A DNA stretch of 20,000 bases, from IMG/VR virus record IMGVR_UViG_3300042486_000977, one strand, 5' to 3'. The stretch comes from an uncultured virus (IMG/VR IMGVR_UViG_3300042486_000977) (taxonomy: Duplodnaviria > Heunggongvirae > Uroviricota > Caudoviricetes). Below the pieces are notes generated by a model. It did not search any database. It was not told where the DNA came from and worked only from the letters and a program-made list of their open reading frames with translations. The translations under genes were made by a program, and so were the position numbers. Below, piece after piece: positions 8,989 to 16,728 of the stretch (position 1 is its first letter; every line of letters begins with the position of its first letter).

Positions 8989-11345
8989 GTACAGTACAGA
9001 ATATAAGAAATACGACTTTATCAGGTTTAAATTTTTTTTTAGACCCTGCAAATCCTAAATCAATTCCTGTGATTCCATCTATAAATTTGATGGTACAGAG
9101 TCAAAACTTTACATCTGCCAATTGGTTAAAAGTAAGAAGTTCGGTAACCGCAAGTGCTACCACGGCACCTGATGGTTCATTGACAGGTACTAAATTAATT
9201 AACGACATATCTAATGATTCTCATTACGTTAGGTCGGATGGGTATACATTTTCGTCAGGAGATACATACACTATTAGCTATTATGCAAAATCATCAGAAC
9301 TATCTTGGGTTGCGATACAAATAAATGAAAATAGTGTCATTTTTCCTACAACATACACTAATCTAAGTGGTGGTTCATTAGGTAATATTGGTGCAGGGGT
9401 TACTGCGTCAATAGAAAATGTGGGGGATGGATGGTATCGTACTTCATTAACAAGAACTGTCGTAAATGCGGGTTTATCTTATTTTGCAATATTGACAAGT
9501 ACGGGTAATGGGATTCCATCTTATTCAGGAAATGGAACATCAGGTGTGTTTATTTGGGGGGTTCAGTTGGAACGTCTCCCATTCTCAACCCCGTATATAC
9601 CAACTACAACAACATCCGCAAGTAGAAGTACGGTCTATGATTTAAGTAATTCTTCAAACACTTGTAATTTAGCGAACGGAACCTTATATAATTCATCTAA
9701 TGTGGGTAATTTCTTATTTGACGCTACTGATGACTATATTAATCTAACAAACTATTTTAGTGCAACAACTTGGAGTGTAAATTATTTTACGAAATTTAAT
9801 ATATCAAAAATAAAAACAACACAACAAGGAGTTCTAAATAGAAACTCAGTTGTTAATTCGGATGGAAGATTACTTTTAGAATTAACATACGTATCAAATG
9901 TAAATCAAATTTTACTCGATTCAAGTGGGAACATTTTTATTTCCGGATGGTTTGTTGAATACAATGGGGTTGAAAGACAATTTATAGTTAAATTAACTTC
10001 AACCGGGTCTTTAATACCTGAGTTTAATGCGGGTTTATCTATTAACCAAACACAACTTGTAACTTGTATTGGATTTAACTCTTCAGGTGATTTATTATAT
10101 GGAGGGTATAATTTAGGAAATCTTAGAAGAATTAATTCAACAACAGGTACATTACAGCAAACAATTGCAACAGTAAACGCTACTATAATACAATCTAAAT
10201 TTATAATAGACAACGCAAACGATAAAATTTATGTTGGTGGTTGGTTTACATCAATACAAGGAACTAATGCTCAAAGATTAGCTCGTCTTAATTTATCTGC
10301 GATGACCATTGACACTTCGTTCAACACAACGACAGGATTTGTCAATGATGAAGATGTTCAAGATATGATATTACAACCTGATGGTAAATTAATTGTTTTA
10401 GGTCGATTTACAAGTTATAAAGGAGTTTCTATTAATAGGATAGTTAGATTAAACTCGGATGCCAGTATTGACCCAACTTTTCAAACATCAGGTGCAACAT
10501 TTGGGTTTAATGGTAATATATCAAGAAACTGCACAGTTTTACAATCCGATGGAAAAGTAATTGTTGGAGGAGCGTTTACGACATATAGTGGAGTAACACG
10601 CAATAGAATTATTAGATTAAATTCTGACGGTACAATTGACAATACATTCACAATTGGGTCTGGTTTTAATAGTGATGTAACTTGTGTTGCGTTACAATCG
10701 GACGGAAAGATTTTGGTTGGTGGAAGTTTTGGAACATATAGTGGAATAACAAGTAGTGATAGAATTATTAGATTAAATTCAAACGGTACTAAAGACACCA
10801 CCTTTACAGCATCAACTAATTCAACTGTAACATCAATTACTATTCAAAATGACGGAAAAATTTTAATAGGAGGCGGTAGTATCACACAGGTTAATAGTGT
10901 TAATGTAAATCAAGTTTGTCGTTTGAATACAAACGGTTCCATCGACAATACTTTTTCTGCGGGAACAGGTATATTAGGGGCATATAGGTTTAATTGTCAA
11001 ATTAATTATTCATCCGCAGTTTCAACAATAACACAACAAATTTTCTATGGTTATAAAACTGCTACTGATTGGCGTAAATATGAAGTTATAGGTGACTTAC
11101 TTTCAAATAAATGGTTTAATATGTGTGTAACAAAAAGTACAGGTAACACCATATCCGTATATTACGATGGAACACTTTACCAAAGTGCCACCCCATCTAC
11201 AGTATTTTCAACAAACAACATAACAAATAGAATTGGTCCGGCAAATGGTAATGTCGGTGTTATACAATACTATAACAGAGAATTATCAAGTGTGGAAGTT
11301 TTAAATAACTATCGTTCTTTTAAAGATAGATATCAAATTACGTAG
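8985..11345 (+). CDS. Composite protein: LamG-like domain interrupted by a CBM/galactose-binding-like spike domain and a 7-bladed delta-60 (DUF5122-like) beta-propeller
   Basis: LamG pieces: GLNFFLDPANPKS / VYDLSNSSNTCNLANGTLYNSSNVGNFLFDATDDYI / NKWFNMCVT..VYYDG..NGNVGVIQYYNRELSSVEVLNNY. Insert 1: NL...SQNF..W..APDGSLT..YTISYYAK..NVGDGWYR..IWGVQLE..TPYIPTT. Insert 2: repeats LQ(P/S/N)DGK(I/V/L)(I/L)(V/I)xG.F...RI(I/V)RLN.(D/N)G.(I/K)D.TF. Confidence 0.8.
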   Translation: MSTVQNIRNTTLSGLNFFLDPANPKSIPVIPSINLMVQSQNFTSANWLKVRSSVTASATTAPDGSLTGTKLINDISNDSHYVRSDGYTFSSGDTYTISYYAKSSELSWVAIQINENSVIFPTTYTNLSGGSLGNIGAGVTASIENVGDGWYRTSLTRTVVNAGLSYFAILTSTGNGIPSYSGNGTSGVFIWGVQLERLPFSTPYIPTTTTSASRSTVYDLSNSSNTCNLANGTLYNSSNVGNFLFDATDDYINLTNYFSATTWSVNYFTKFNISKIKTTQQGVLNRNSVVNSDGRLLLELTYVSNVNQILLDSSGNIFISGWFVEYNGVERQFIVKLTSTGSLIPEFNAGLSINQTQLVTCIGFNSSGDLLYGGYNLGNLRRINSTTGTLQQTIATVNATIIQSKFIIDNANDKIYVGGWFTSIQGTNAQRLARLNLSAMTIDTSFNTTTGFVNDEDVQDMILQPDGKLIVLGRFTSYKGVSINRIVRLNSDASIDPTFQTSGATFGFNGNISRNCTVLQSDGKVIVGGAFTTYSGVTRNRIIRLNSDGTIDNTFTIGSGFNSDVTCVALQSDGKILVGGSFGTYSGITSSDRIIRLNSNGTKDTTFTASTNSTVTSITIQNDGKILIGGGSITQVNSVNVNQVCRLNTNGSIDNTFSAGTGILGAYRFNCQINYSSAVSTITQQIFYGYKTATDWRKYEVIGDLLSNKWFNMCVTKSTGNTISVYYDGTLYQSATPSTVFSTNNITNRIGPANGNVGVIQYYNRELSSVEVLNNYRSFKDRYQIT

Positions 11346-11356
11346 TATTTATAGTA
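11346..11356 (+). promoter_or_regulatory. Putative late-promoter-like motif TATTTATAGTA
   Basis: The identical 11-mer occurs in the intergenic gap at 16709-16719. This copy starts 23 nt before the ATG at 11369. Confidence 0.45.
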
Positions 11357-11368
11357 AACATTATTACT

Positions 11369-11620
11369 ATGAACATAGAAATTCAACCAGTTATTGTACC
11401 GACAAAAGGAACAGGTACACAATTTAATTTAGATTCTCTTAAATTTTCGATGTTTCCAACATCAGTTCCATTCTATTGGCAAGTGCTAACAACTGAAGGT
11501 GTTACAGTTTTGGAAGGTAACCTATATATGGACGAACAAACATACTCAGGATGGTCAAACGATGATAACTATGCAATTGATTGGGCTTTAAATGAGATAG
11601 GATTACAAAGAGTTGTTTAA
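11369..11620 (+). CDS. Small acidic hypothetical protein preceding the S74 fibre (possible chaperone/adaptor)
   Basis: 83-aa ORF filling the gap, with C-terminal pattern LEGNLYM....Y..W..DD.YA.DW....IGL. Function is inferred from context only. Confidence 0.7.
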   Translation: MNIEIQPVIVPTKGTGTQFNLDSLKFSMFPTSVPFYWQVLTTEGVTVLEGNLYMDEQTYSGWSNDDNYAIDWALNEIGLQRVV

Positions 11621-11630
11621 TCATATATAT

Positions 11631-11664
11631 ATAATAATCTTGGATAGGGAAAAGATTTAATTAT
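11631..11664 (+). promoter_or_regulatory. Putative RNA hairpin with purine-rich loop at the translation start of the S74 fibre
   Basis: AATCTT (11636-41) pairs with AAGATT (11652-57) around loop GGATAGGGAA. The stem can extend via ATAAT (11631-35) / ATTAT (11660-64, including AT of the ATG) with a 2-nt bulge. Confidence 0.35.
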
Positions 11665-14600
11665 GCCAAACGAATTTAATATAAAAAATGGTTTCATAAC
11701 CAGCGGTAATTCTAATGTTTACGCAAATCTAAATGTAACAGGTGGATTAACTGCAACAACAATATCCGCAACAACATATTTTAATTTACCTTTTTCAGGG
11801 AGTGTCATCGGTAGTGGAACAACGGGTTATTTACCAAAATGGACAGGTTCAACAGGTTTAAGTAACTCTTTAGTTTACGACTCAACAACAGGTGTGACAA
11901 TCGGAACTGGATTTACTTGGAACAATACAAATGGATGGCTGTCAATAAAAAAAACTAACCCTGCGGTGGAAATTGACGTAACGGGTAGTATAAGAGCAAG
12001 TTCAACAGTTTTTACAGACGTCGCTCAATTCAATTTTCTTCAAACAAGTGGTTCTAATTTATTAATTAGAGGAAGTGGTGGAACATCTTACGCAACGATG
12101 TTTCAAACAACGGGTAATTTTGTTCTTCAAAACGGAGGAACATTCACAGATACTGGATATAGGTTAGATGTGGTCGGCTCCGATGCAAGATTCAATAGTA
12201 TTCGCGTAGGTCGTGGTGGTGGTAATCAACCTTCAAACACAGCTGTTGGAGACACAGCATTAAGTAACAATACAACAGGTACTGCAAATACAGCAGTAGG
12301 TTACTTAGCGTTAGGTTCAAGTAATACGGCAGGTACTTCAAACTCGGCATTTGGTTATTTAGCCATGCGTTTTAGTAGTGGTGGTAGTAACTCGGCCTTT
12401 GGAACTACCGCTCTTTATGGTATGACTTCTGGTTCTAATAATTCTGCGTTTGGTAGAGATTCAGGCTATTATATAGCGGACGGAACTACTGCATTACTCT
12501 CTTCAAGTGGAAGTCTTTTTTTAGGTGCCAATACTAAAGCACTTGCTGCAGGTAGTACAAATGAAATAGTAATAGGTTACAATGCTATTGGCTTGGGTTC
12601 AAATAGCGTTGTGTTAGGTAATAGCGGTATTACAAAAACTGCATTACAAGGTAATATATTAATTGGTAAAACAACAGATTCAGGCCAAAAATTACAAGTT
12701 AGTGGTGACACTTTAATTAGTGGAGGTTTAACTGCGACAACAATATCGGCAACTACCTACCAAAACTTACCATCATTTACCTTTACAGGTGGAACCGTAT
12801 CAGGAGCAACTAACTTCACAGGAGGTTTAAGTGCTAATACAATATCCGCAACAACGGCTACGATAAGAAAGATAACAGGTGGTTCAGGTAATACCAATTC
12901 AGGAATTTATTCATTTATTGGTGGTGGTGTGTCCAATTCTGCGACACAGTCACATAGTTTAGTTTCAGGTGGACTTGGTAATACGGTGTCAGGTCAGTGT
13001 TCTGCAGTTGTAGGTGGTCAAAATAACATTGTGAGTGGTAATACATCAACAATAAGCGGAGGGTATTCTAATATTAATGGGGGAGCTGAATCATTTATTG
13101 GGGCAGGTAGATGTAATACTATAGGCGGTAATGCTGGTGGTGTTATTGGTGGAGGAACAACTAACACCGTTAGTGCCAATTATTCTTTTATTGGTGGGGG
13201 AACCCTTAATACATCAAGTGGTTATATGTCAACCGTAGTTGGGGGATTAACTAACACTGGAAGTGGTAATTACTCATTCATAGGTGGGGGTCGTACTAAT
13301 ACCTCAAGTGGTTATTATTCAACCATAGGTGGGGGTAATACTAATTGTGCTGACGGTATTAATTCAACGATTGCGGGAGGTGATTGTAATTACGTATCAA
13401 GTAAATTTTCAGCAATTGGTGGGGGTACTAATAACACTGCGAAAGGAACATACGCAACCGCAGTTTTTGGAGGTGCTAAAAATTCTGTTGATGGTGATTA
13501 CTCATTCATCGGTGGTGGTTATTCTAATACTGTAAGTGGTAAATATTCGGGAGTATTAGGAGGTTGTGGAAACACTGTTAGTGGAGATTACTCTTTCGCA
13601 GCTGGTTGTGGAATAACCGCATCAGTAAACAATACATTTTACGCAAATAATTTTTGTTCTTCAAGCGGAACAATTTCCGCGACAGGTACTAAAGGAACTG
13701 TAGTTATAACTGGTAATAGTAGTACTGCAATGATTAATGTTTCAGGTAGTAATACTGTTGGAGGTACGGGATATACTGACTTTATAAGAGTAGTTAATAC
13801 CGCCGCGGGGGCAACTAACGAGACCAAAACTATTCGTGTTAACATCACGGGTGGTATTGAATTTCTTAATAGTGCATATCTTGCTCAAACATTAACTTTA
13901 ACTGATGGTGGTATTTTATATGTTGGTGGTGGTAATACTGCCGTAACTGCTAATAATGACCCCGGAACAAATTATTTGTCTTTTAACAATAACGGAACAT
14001 CAATTTATGATGATGGTAACACACACATCCATTCCAGAAGTAATGGAGGTTCAATGTGGATTAATACTAATAATGGAGCAATTATTTTAGGTAACCAAAG
14101 TCCTGTTTTAGGTGGTGGGGCGGCTTCAGGAATTATTATGGGTTCAGGGTCGACTACAGTTAGAGCATTTGCGAATATCTATGGTGGTAAAACATATACA
14201 ATCGGTGGGTATGGGTATTTGGCGACAATAGGTGCAGGTACAGGTGTGGGTACAACGGCAACTTATGGATTATATGTTCAACAGCGTGTTGAGGCAACTG
14301 AATTTGATGCAACATCCGATGAAAGGTTAAAAAATATTCAGGGTGAAATTGAATTAGATGACGCAATTAAATTAGTTAACAATTTAAAACCAATTAAATT
14401 TACTTGGAAAGATAAAGATAATGAGGGAATTAAAGCAGGTTATTCAGCACAACAAGTTGTAAAATCGGGATTTAATCATTTAATAGGCCATATTAAAAAT
14501 GAAGATTTAATTGAGACAACTGATGATGAAGGATTTACAAGTCCTGAAGGATTCCAATTAACGATGAATTATGACCAAGTGACTCCTTATCACGGAGTTG

Positions 14601-14668
14601 TTATTAAACACTTGTTAAATGAAATTGACAACCTTAAAAAAGAAATTGAAATACTTAAAAGTAAATGA
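11663..14668 (+). CDS. Tail fibre/spike protein with C-terminal peptidase S74 intramolecular chaperone (autocleaving)
   Basis: 1001 aa. Contains GSGTTGYLPKWTG, N(T/S)A(V/F)G..A(L/M) beta-roll repeats and ~17 15-aa Gly-rich repeats (~12880-13650). The C-terminus T-SDERLKN...LKPIKFTWK...GYSAQQV...NYDQV followed by a coiled coil is the S74 signature, with the Ser at 14315-14317. Confidence 0.88.
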   Translation: MPNEFNIKNGFITSGNSNVYANLNVTGGLTATTISATTYFNLPFSGSVIGSGTTGYLPKWTGSTGLSNSLVYDSTTGVTIGTGFTWNNTNGWLSIKKTNPAVEIDVTGSIRASSTVFTDVAQFNFLQTSGSNLLIRGSGGTSYATMFQTTGNFVLQNGGTFTDTGYRLDVVGSDARFNSIRVGRGGGNQPSNTAVGDTALSNNTTGTANTAVGYLALGSSNTAGTSNSAFGYLAMRFSSGGSNSAFGTTALYGMTSGSNNSAFGRDSGYYIADGTTALLSSSGSLFLGANTKALAAGSTNEIVIGYNAIGLGSNSVVLGNSGITKTALQGNILIGKTTDSGQKLQVSGDTLISGGLTATTISATTYQNLPSFTFTGGTVSGATNFTGGLSANTISATTATIRKITGGSGNTNSGIYSFIGGGVSNSATQSHSLVSGGLGNTVSGQCSAVVGGQNNIVSGNTSTISGGYSNINGGAESFIGAGRCNTIGGNAGGVIGGGTTNTVSANYSFIGGGTLNTSSGYMSTVVGGLTNTGSGNYSFIGGGRTNTSSGYYSTIGGGNTNCADGINSTIAGGDCNYVSSKFSAIGGGTNNTAKGTYATAVFGGAKNSVDGDYSFIGGGYSNTVSGKYSGVLGGCGNTVSGDYSFAAGCGITASVNNTFYANNFCSSSGTISATGTKGTVVITGNSSTAMINVSGSNTVGGTGYTDFIRVVNTAAGATNETKTIRVNITGGIEFLNSAYLAQTLTLTDGGILYVGGGNTAVTANNDPGTNYLSFNNNGTSIYDDGNTHIHSRSNGGSMWINTNNGAIILGNQSPVLGGGAASGIIMGSGSTTVRAFANIYGGKTYTIGGYGYLATIGAGTGVGTTATYGLYVQQRVEATEFDATSDERLKNIQGEIELDDAIKLVNNLKPIKFTWKDKDNEGIKAGYSAQQVVKSGFNHLIGHIKNEDLIETTDDEGFTSPEGFQLTMNYDQVTPYHGVVIKHLLNEIDNLKKEIEILKSK

Positions 14669-16671
14669 GTTGTTACATAACATTACCTTTTATAACTGGT
14701 ACTCCGCCATACGAAATTACAATATGTGATAACAATGGTAATAATTGTTTTCTTGCAGCATATGAGACAACATTTGTTCCACCGACAATATATGTTCAGT
14801 TACCTGAAAGTTGGGGGACATTACCATTTGTATTAGTCACGGTACAGAGTAGTGAAGGGTGTGAGGAAGTTCAATTCATTATGAATACTCCGACACCAAC
14901 ATCTACGAATACTCCAACACCTACTCCTACACCAACTCCAAATACAAGTGTAACTCCAACTCCTACTCCAACAGTTACCCCAACGCCATCAACTATTTTA
15001 CCTATTCCACCATTTTTTCAAGTTCAAAATATTGTTGGTACAAACCCAATGATTGTTAATTTTACAAGTGCTCCGACTAGTAGTTTTAATATTAATTGGG
15101 GGGACGGGTCAACATATCCCGTTAGTATAACTAATCCTCCTTATCCCGCAAGTTATACGGGGTATACGTATACTCACAACTACGGTGCTAGTTTATATAC
15201 TGCAACATTTGAGGATTTCCAAGTATCATCATCAATATCTACTAATAATATTCGTGAGATTAAATTATATAATATTTCAGATATTATTGAAAATTCTTAC
15301 ACTTTTAGTGCGTTCACTGCGGCTACTGATATTTGGTTATCTGCAACAACTCTAACTGATTTTAGTTCTAGTTTACCTAACTCACTTGTTGATTTTTATA
15401 TCTATAATACAAATGCGCCAGGGTCTCAAAATTTCCAATTTAGCCCGACAACTAATTTAGCAACATTACCTGTCTTTAGAGAACTATTAATTCAGAATAC
15501 TGATATATCAGGGCTTACCTACAATTTTTCAGGAAGTAGTTCATTTAGAAGTTTAACTTTAATTACCAATAATAGTTTAACTGACTTAAATGTAACGGTA
15601 CCAACTGGCTCAACATTCCTTGAAATATACATTGTAAATAATACATCATTACCAATACTTAATGTGACCAATAATTTATCAGGTTGTACAGGTCTTAATG
15701 ATATACAAGTATTTGGTAATACATCATTATCAGGGTGGACATATACAGTACCAGTGTCTACACAAGATTTACGTCTCAGTAGTAATACTATTAGAGAGTT
15801 TAATATTGATTTAACCGCGAATACTAATTTAACTTCATTACGACTTGATAGTAATATAGTATTAAGTTCATTTACTAACAGTATATCGGCTTGTACCTCG
15901 TTAACAACATTAAGATTGGACAGGAATAATTTAACATCATTACCACCAGTATTCCCCAATAGTATTCAAACTTTAAGATTAGACATAAATAATTTCACAG
16001 GTTATACAAGTAACTTCCCAACAGGATGTGTAACTTTTAATATGAGTGATACCTTACAGAATCAATACGTACCACAATGGACAGTTGATTTAACAGGTGC
16101 GACATCATTAACTACATTCCAAATGGAAGATGTTAGTTTGTCAGGATGGACAACGCAATTCCCAACATCAATTAGGACTATTAATTTAGATGGTAATTTA
16201 ATGACTAATTTTGATTTTAATTACACATTAGGGGCAACTAACATTAGTTTACGCGATAACCTACTAACAGGCACAACTAATTTATCCGCACACACTTCAA
16301 TTGTTACATTAACAATAGCTAGTAATAATTTCATAAATAGTACGCAAATAATACAAGGTAATTTCCCATCAACTTTGAGAACATTTAGTATGGGTAATTC
16401 AACATTAACAGGATGGTCGTCAACATTTTCAGCAATGACAAATGTGTTATCATTAGATTTTAGAGGTAGTAGTCTTAAAACTGCATCGGTAGATTATATT
16501 TTACAAGATGTTGCAAGTATTGCGACGGCAAATACTTTGTATAATAAGACTTTATTATTTACAGGAACCTCATTCCCACAACCTGAATCACCGACGGGAG
16601 GTTTAACTAACCCATATTATTTATTACTTAAAAATTCTCCATACAATTGGAATATTACGGTAAAACCATAA
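14665..16671 (+). CDS. Modular protein: four-Cys N-terminal module + Pro/Thr linker + PKD-like domain + leucine-rich-repeat solenoid with C-terminal cap
   Basis: ATGA overlap with the fibre gene. N-terminus is paralogous to 1587..2630. INWGDGST...YTHNY is PKD-like. LxxLxLxxN repeats occur (LTSLRLDSN, LTTLRLDRNNLTSLPPVFPNSIQTLRLDINNFT, IRTINLDGNLMT). Ends with a cap-like SLKTASVDYIL...YNWNITV. Confidence 0.8.
   Translation: MSCYITLPFITGTPPYEITICDNNGNNCFLAAYETTFVPPTIYVQLPESWGTLPFVLVTVQSSEGCEEVQFIMNTPTPTSTNTPTPTPTPTPNTSVTPTPTPTVTPTPSTILPIPPFFQVQNIVGTNPMIVNFTSAPTSSFNINWGDGSTYPVSITNPPYPASYTGYTYTHNYGASLYTATFEDFQVSSSISTNNIREIKLYNISDIIENSYTFSAFTAATDIWLSATTLTDFSSSLPNSLVDFYIYNTNAPGSQNFQFSPTTNLATLPVFRELLIQNTDISGLTYNFSGSSSFRSLTLITNNSLTDLNVTVPTGSTFLEIYIVNNTSLPILNVTNNLSGCTGLNDIQVFGNTSLSGWTYTVPVSTQDLRLSSNTIREFNIDLTANTNLTSLRLDSNIVLSSFTNSISACTSLTTLRLDRNNLTSLPPVFPNSIQTLRLDINNFTGYTSNFPTGCVTFNMSDTLQNQYVPQWTVDLTGATSLTTFQMEDVSLSGWTTQFPTSIRTINLDGNLMTNFDFNYTLGATNISLRDNLLTGTTNLSAHTSIVTLTIASNNFINSTQIIQGNFPSTLRTFSMGNSTLTGWSSTFSAMTNVLSLDFRGSSLKTASVDYILQDVASIATANTLYNKTLLFTGTSFPQPESPTGGLTNPYYLLLKNSPYNWNITVKP
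14887..14994 (+). repeat. Pro/Thr low-complexity linker
   Basis: [36 protein letters not shown]. Confidence 0.9.
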
Positions 16672-16708
16672 TAATATTCATTTCGTTTTCAAAAAACATT
16701 AATACTAT

Positions 16709-16719
16709 TATTTATAGTA
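16709..16719 (+). promoter_or_regulatory. Putative late-promoter-like motif TATTTATAGTA
   Basis: Second intergenic copy of the 11-mer at 11346-11356. It starts 20 nt before the ATG at 16729. Confidence 0.45.
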
Positions 16720-16728
16720 TAGTAAATT

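Noticed and set aside
9081..10980. Inserts in the 786-aa protein as inteins or mobile introns
   Set aside because: No C/S...HN splice motifs or homing endonuclease motifs. The inserts resemble binding domains.
11369..11665. Readthrough fusion of the 83-aa ORF to the in-frame S74 fibre
   Set aside because: Two stops (TAA 11618-20, TAG 11645-47) intervene, and same-frame adjacency occurs one time in three by chance.
7272..14668. Diversity-generating retroelement (TR/VR pair) acting on fibre or LamG genes
   Set aside because: No reverse transcriptase and no ~100-nt pair differing only at adenines were seen by eye. A TR elsewhere in the genome cannot be excluded.
2645..14668. Bacterial trimeric autotransporter adhesins, ice-nucleation proteins or collagen-like proteins
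   Set aside because: There is no signal peptide or YadA-type anchor, and the period is 15 aa rather than the 16-aa AGYGST ice-nucleation unit or Gly-X-Y.
16672..16708. Possible intrinsic terminator (GTTTT-CAA-AAAAC)
   Set aside because: The stem is very weak and AU-rich, with no following U-tract.
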